A stretch of 64,000 nucleotides of DNA, from the NCBI GenBank assembly GCA_030141605.1, contig JAQGDQ010000271.1:1-64000 (forward strand), written 5' to 3'. The translations under genes and the position numbers were made by a program. The notes below the pieces were generated by a model. It was not told the DNA's origin. It ran no database searches and saw only the letters and a program-made list of their open reading frames with translations. Source of the stretch: Tubiluchus corallicola. Lineage: Eukaryota > Animalia > Priapulida. Shown in pieces: positions 59,746 to 64,000 of the stretch. Positions within the stretch are counted from its first letter, which is position 1. The number at the start of each line of letters is the position of its first letter.

Positions 59746-62629
59746 TAATAATAATTGGAAAGAAGAAAATCATTTTAATTACTCTAAATTTAAATTTATG
59801 TTGAATTGTCATCATACTTTTTTGAGTTTTGGATGGTGCTGCCACCTTCAGGTGTTCTTGTTAAAATTGTTAAAACTTTCTCTTTACTGTTTAAATTTTC
59901 ATTGGCTTCTACGGTCTTTATGAATGCATAATCTCTAAACCTGTTTTCACACCTAAATGATTTCAAATGCAGTTCTGGTCACTTGGTTTTCTGCTTTTCA
60001 ACAGGACACTACTTCACTGTACGTAGGCATTTCAGAATAAAATCTTAAAACTAAATTTCAAGTTTTTTTTGGTTTCTTCAAACCAATAATAATAACAACA
60101 ACAACCTTATACAAGGTGAATTAATTTGCATTAAATTAAGCTCGGTCAGTATGTACAGTATTTGCAAAAAAACACAGCGCATATTGTCTCATAATAACAA
60201 AAGAGATTAGAAAATCGTTCTTACTGATAAAGTAACAGTTCGATAATACTGTACGAAGACAGTACACATGCGCTGCTGCTCCTCAAAATATGAGCATGTT
60301 CCAGATGAGGGCCTGAACAGCTCCCCGGGTCGAAGGTTTTTTGCTAAAGAAAAAATTTGAAAACATAAACAGTCAAAGAAAAATGTCTTCATGCAGTCTG
60401 CTGTTATATTTCTTGAATTTTACAATTTTTATTGCTCTCTTAACCAAAAAGGTTCCTCAATGCTTCACAAGACAGGTTATTAGAGTAGTATGGTTTGCAT
60501 CGTCTTCAGTGGTATGACTTCTAGAGTGAGTTTTGGCTATTCGATTTTGGGGAAATAGTCACAGAAAGGGGGACTAACCGTCTACGTTGTCTCAGTAGAC
60601 TTATCTTATTGCGAATATTCTTACCATGACGATTTCGCTTTTTTCGGCAGATAATGACATTAAAATCTAAAATTCAAATAGAAATTTAATCGCTAAATGA
60701 TAACCACATTGTCAATAAGCCTTTTCATAGTTCCAGTGATTGATGATGATCGTGAAAAGGTCAAAGGTTAAGTGTACCAAGCAACGCATTTGTATACGCT
60801 TGACAACGCCTCGCAGCTCATGCTATGGTAATAGTAACAGTTTTAACAGCTAGCTTGAACCTTACCTAGTTCATTTCTTCTTGTGCCCAAGCAAGATCTA
60901 GTAATCATTCTACGCACAGACTAGTGCATGATTAACTAACACATTTTTAAAGTCCACGTAAACAACTAACGTTACAGAACAGATGCGACAGACGCCTTTG
61001 CTTTACCCACAGGTCACGTGACGGTTGTAGTTAAGACGCATTGCTGAGCTACACGTAACCTTTGACCTACAGCACTACGCGTGAATATAGGCTATTGAGA
61101 ATCAAAAACATAAACTGACTTTCCAAAACAGCGTTGCAGGTGTTTATTTCTCCAGGACTTGGCTCGTCGATAATGTAAGCATTTGGCCTGAAACATAAAA
61201 CGAGGAAACGTAAAATTCATTGATGAGATTGACAAATTGCAAAAAACTCTGAAACAGGACGGGTTGGGGGCCGCGTAGACCCTCGTGGGGGTTCAAAGGG
61301 GCAAAGCCCCCTTACAGCTAGCAACAAATTGCAGTTTCGTGACTTAAAATATCAATTACCTTGTTTCATGCATAATTTAAAACACCCAACTATCAAGGAT
61401 ACATGATACCTAATTGTCTCAAAAACGCCTAAGTACTGGCCGCTCCTATGCAAAAGTATATAAAAACTGTCTGCAATTGACTCAAATAACTCAGCACAAT
61501 TGATTCTATGTTTTTATACATAGAGATATGCACATGGTTACACTGATGTACGTGATGTAAACAAAGTGACGGCCTGCCAACTAGCGGTCAGATTGTGAAA
61601 TAATGTCCTGGGTCCGTAAACATTTTCTCAACAAATTTACGCGATTTACAAAAATGGCACTACTGGTCTTCCAAAAACTCGGAATTCCGTGTATCCGCGG
61701 AAAATTCTCATCCCTGAAAATTACTTAATTATCAAATTAGCGAAAGTCCCAAGTAGCAAGCATCTGGTTTTTTCTTTCTATAATTTATAATTTCTATCAC
61801 ACGAACGTCTCAGAAAAGTTAAATTCGTGGCGTTAAAACCCATTTAACACACAGTATAATTCACACGTAAAATGAATCTTAGCAATTTTTACAAATTACT
61901 GTCGTACATCCAGGCAGGGGCGTATCAACTCTTTACGACGCCCTAAGCAGATAGTTCTGCCCCGCCCATCTCTATTGTGAATTTATGATTAATTATGTAA
62001 TAAACAGATTAAACAATTATTACAGCCAGGAATGCAGCCTGGATTTGGACTAGGATCCTTTGCTATTGGGGCTTAAAAGTTCTCGGGTTCAAATCCAACA
62101 TTGATCCCAACTTTTTTAATTTTCTTGTCTTTCAAGTTTGGTATCAAAATTTAACAAATTGTGCAATCATTTTACACACACATAATAAAAACAATCGTTT
62201 TAGCGAACATCCTAATTTCATAACAGGCAACAGCGAGTGAATATGCTACTTCCAATGTTTGATGCTGGAGATAACAGCAGGGGGCGTATCAAGACTTCAC
62301 GACGCCCTAGGGTAGTGTTTTGCGCCGCCCTTCTTTGTGAATTTCTGGTTACCTACGTAATAAGTAGATCAAACAATTGCTTGTGGTGTATTAGAAACAC
62401 AACTTGCTCATTATTAATCGCCTGTATGTGCATGGTACTTATATTCAACCACTCTAAGCAACTGTTTGTTTTGTTGTGATACCTTGCACCTGTTCGTTAA
62501 GAGGTACTTATATAAAAGCTGAGCTCAATAACTGCTTGTGGTGTGTTATAAAATGAATGTGAAATTATAAACATTTTCCGAGGAGAATAAGGATTATTTA
62601 AAGCCGACTTTAAATAAAGATTATTATTG

Positions 62630-62682
<53 letters not shown>

Positions 62683-63034
62683 TATTATTATTATTATTTC
62701 TAAAATGTGACGCCCCTCAAACTTTGATACCCCAGGCTATAGCCTAGTTGACCAAATGGTTAATTTGCCCCTACTTGCAGTGTTGTTAGTTAATTAGCTA
62801 AAGAAAAATTATAATATAATTCGTAGATAATACCTACGATGCCTTTAAATCGTGTCCACATTTTTGAACTGTGCCAACTGCAGCTCCCGAATCTAGTGGA
62901 ATCGTTCGGTAAAATCGCGGCACGTAGAGATACTTCAGCCGTAAGAAAGCACGTGCTACTTTGTCATCTAAACTACGCGAAATGTCGCCCATTACGACAG
63001 TTGCGATATCTTTCGATTCACCCTCAGAATAACC
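39455..63034 (-). CDS. Type I membrane protein with Ig domain plus ZPBP/Sp38-like region, Cys-rich GCC2/GCC3 repeat and TM helix; 5'-incomplete, at least 17 exons, ~943 aa
   Basis: Phase-consistent exons: 63034-62838, 61187-61120, 60666-60625, 59448-59399, 58214-58085, 57006-56821, 56217-56075, 54650-54521, 52933-52244, 50467-50338, 49768-49629, 48996-48805, 45869-45754, 44201-44018, 42437-42285, 40933-40855, 39656-39455 (last exon and the small 5' exons are tentative). Ig motif INC..CKWY..LSIEDVQAEDSGLYLC. CHAGY..CVPCLPGTY..CHPCPNGTY..CANC..VGAKGC. TM VAVALTVSFLLLIILIALSCVYFL. Confidence 0.8.
39665..39808. repeat. Tandem repeat, 48 bp x3, encoding an RT-like (Y/F)ADD motif on the minus strand
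   Basis: Units start at 39665, 39713, 39761. Minus strand reads IMFADDVDLL / IMYADDVDLL x2. Confidence 0.75.
39836..40824 (+). mobile_element. Kolobok-like family W copy 2 (interrupted by a hAT MITE)
   Basis: aaggaaactggacccc start (duplicated), cctgtttccttta end, body shared with 33425-34019. Confidence 0.65.
39911..40239. mobile_element. hAT (Charlie-like) MITE
   Basis: TIR cagtggttcccaaa/tttgggaaccactg. Perfect 8-bp TSD atttaccc (39903-39910, 40240-40247). Confidence 0.9.
41225..41621 (-). mobile_element. L2-like LINE 3' fragment with 18-bp flanking duplication, nested in a pogo-like MITE starting at 41145
   Basis: cattttccagcatagaaa at 41207-41224 and 41622-41639. Shares the tgcactg(g)acgcatttg motif and ttttaatg(g/a)caaataaaga end with 2600-2720. 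Confidence 0.6.
42631..42904. mobile_element. MITE
   Basis: TIR gtcaaaggaccaccggac / gtccggtagtcctttgac. Confidence 0.65.
44352..44900 (+). mobile_element. 5S rRNA-derived SINE (SINE3), copy 2, with full-length 5S head
   Basis: 44352-44470 is a 119-nt 5S-like sequence (gactacggccatatcacgttgaaaacac...gttagtacttggat...ctgtaggctt) running directly into the SINE body with no T-run terminator. Confidence 0.88.
45400..45770. repeat. Tandem repeat, 89-90 bp x4, each unit carrying an exon end and 5' splice site
   Basis: acttactttcttcaaaacataat at ~45481, 45570, 45659, 45748. Confidence 0.9.
46129..46637 (+). mobile_element. 5S rRNA-derived SINE (SINE3), copy 3 (5'-truncated head)
   Basis: ctcgtctgatca...ggtgtaggcttgcgggatgcccacactgtatctcgacactagg... 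to agacagaaagatgccaa. Confidence 0.85.
47348..47443. repeat. (CTG/CTA)n microsatellite
   Basis: Direct reading. Confidence 0.9.
48049..48403. mobile_element. piggyBac-type MITE
   Basis: ttaa|ccctttc ... gaaaggg|ttaa. Confidence 0.75.
48710..48799. mobile_element. 90-bp hairpin MITE (Tc1/pogo-like, TA ends)
   Basis: tatagtaagtcctcgcttaatgac ... gtcgttaaacgaggacttactata, starting 5 bp inside the intron from the 48804 donor. Confidence 0.75.
49809..50269 (-). mobile_element. hAT-like MITE, family Y copy 2
   Basis: cagggatgagaat ... attctcatccctg. Inverted homologue of 34261-34757. Confidence 0.8.
50574..51443 (+). mobile_element. Kolobok-like family W copy 3 (duplicated 5' end at ~50854)
   Basis: ttaaagcaaaactggacccaat ... 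cctgtcttcctttaa. Confidence 0.65.
51840..52150. repeat. (TAC/TGC)n microsatellite
   Basis: Direct reading. Confidence 0.95.
53024..53343. repeat. (ATT)n facing (AAT)n microsatellites (inverted pair)
   Basis: 53024-53123 (ATT)n, ~22-nt spacer, 53145-53343 (AAT/GAT)n. Confidence 0.95.
53778..54396. mobile_element. PIF/Harbinger-like MITE with internal ~122-bp repeats
   Basis: taa|cggtgcgttcagactagc ... gctagtgtgaacgcagcg|tta. Three internal copies of ttggctggttactctcgacacttctcgcag. Confidence 0.7.
54679..54952 (+). mobile_element. tRNA-derived SINE
   Basis: Degenerate A and B boxes (ggtttagtc..., gagttcgatac), central gggtcagaccacagactttaaaaaatggtacc, tail aaagccgactttaaacaaaga(tta)n also seen at ~62600-62700. 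Confidence 0.6.
55361..55870 (+). mobile_element. Tc1/mariner transposase C-terminal relic
   Basis: Frameshifted VLEWPGNTSDL/PIENLWEILKDKVADRQPSSAEDL/KEITSEYCQNLISSMPLRMKAVIDNFGGHTKY. WP..S.DLNPIENLW is the Tc1 signature. Confidence 0.85.
56343..56715. mobile_element. Fold-back Penelope-like element with hammerhead cores in both arms, copy 2
   Basis: Arms 56374-56452 and 56640-56715 are inverted. Cores at 56413-56443 (-) and 56647-56677 (+). Same spacer repeats as copy 1. Confidence 0.7.
57435..58050. repeat. (CAA/CAG)n microsatellite, ~600 bp
   Basis: Direct reading. Intronic. Confidence 0.95.
59637..59755. repeat. Compound (GAT)(GAC)(AAT) microsatellite
   Basis: Direct reading. Confidence 0.9.
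61222..61716 (+). mobile_element. hAT-like MITE, family Y copy 3
   Basis: Matches 34261-34757. Ends aaaattctcatccctg. Confidence 0.8.
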
Positions 63035-63074
63035 CTGCAAATGTATGCTGTATGGTTAGTTAGTTTAAACATAC

Positions 63075-63715
63075 TTTATTTAGGATTGGATCAGACTTGT
63101 TCGAACAACATGATTTAGGATCCTCACCACAACAGACTTTATACACTATTTACAAAAACATTTACAGTAAGAATAGACTATAACTACAGTCTAGATGCTG
63201 ACTAGAATCAGATAAGCTATCAGATAGAAACTACTGGAAGCGTTTAGTACGTATTATAAGGTCATGTATACATTGGAATATTTTACAGTTAGCAACATAG
63301 TTAAATTAATCTTTTCCGAATAATAACAACTTCAACAGATCATTAGTTCCTAAGGCAGCTATATTAAGGTTTTCGGGCAGAAGAATTTCATTTAATTTAT
63401 CAAACATAACAACCCTAGCTAGTTGATGCAATGGGCAGTGCAACAAAAAGTGTTCAACTCTTCTCATGCGTGTATGATGCGCTGATATTTGAGGTTTACC
63501 AAATGAAAAATGCTTCTTACGCAACGAAAAACTTAAATGAGATTTGAGCTCTTGTTTGAATTGTGAAATGGATGTAATTTCACGAATGTTCTGTGGTAAG
63601 TTGTTCCACATGTTAATGGTCGATATGAAAAACGATTTTTCACAGCTAACAGAACGGCAATTAAAATTTCTGTATTTAGTACCACTGTGTATATAATAGG
63701 GGGTAACTTTGTTTA
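63075..63715 (-). mobile_element. CR1/L2-group LINE ORF2 C-terminal relic and 3' UTR
   Basis: SFFISTINMWNNLPQNIREITSISQFKQELK...HTRMR/VEHFLLHCP, typical of non-LTR ORF2 ends, internally deleted. Confidence 0.7.
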
Positions 63716-63850
63716 TGGTTAAGGGTCTATTTAGATGTTCCGTGTCCGAGTTCTCTTAAATATGTCGTTTTAGTTTGCTATACTTTTTTAATTTACCACC
63801 TAACTCAACTTCATTCATTTGCAGCTGCCGACACGTATTTCTTAGTTTAC

Positions 63851-64000
63851 TTAAAGGAAGACAGGATGATTTTTCCTATACTGTCCCATTTTCAACTCCG
63901 ATATTTCAGTATACATTTTAACACAATTAATACTACAAAAGCATTTCTGATAATTAAATAAGAGATTAAAATCTTAATTAACAGCAGGCGAGCTCAACTA
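63851..64000 (-). mobile_element. Kolobok-like family W copy 4 (runs off the window)
   Basis: ttaaaggaagacaggatgattttt is the reverse complement of the 51420-51443 end. Confidence 0.65.

Overview
AT-rich, intron-rich animal (probably invertebrate) genomic DNA. Manual spliced reconstruction gives three genes and one candidate pseudogene. (1) + strand 8-exon minimal-domain matrix metalloproteinase (6785-17872, 302 aa, no hemopexin domain, basic tail). (2) - strand decayed multi-exon gene whose last exon is still open (18983-23356), head-to-head with (3) + strand 12-exon CYP20A1 (23599-36585, 474 aa). (4) - strand gene of at least 17 exons, 5'-incomplete (39455-63034), encoding a membrane-anchored ZPBP/Sp38-like protein with a furin-flanked acidic spacer. 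Introns hold many MITEs (hAT, Kolobok, piggyBac, Harbinger, pogo-like), LINE and Tc1 relics, and minisatellites. Most notable: two fold-back elements with hammerhead-ribozyme cores on both strands, a 5S-rRNA-headed SINE (3 copies), an MMP-intron minisatellite with 16 AP-1 sites, and tandem repeats that overlap splice sites. All homology calls come from motif recognition; no searches were run.
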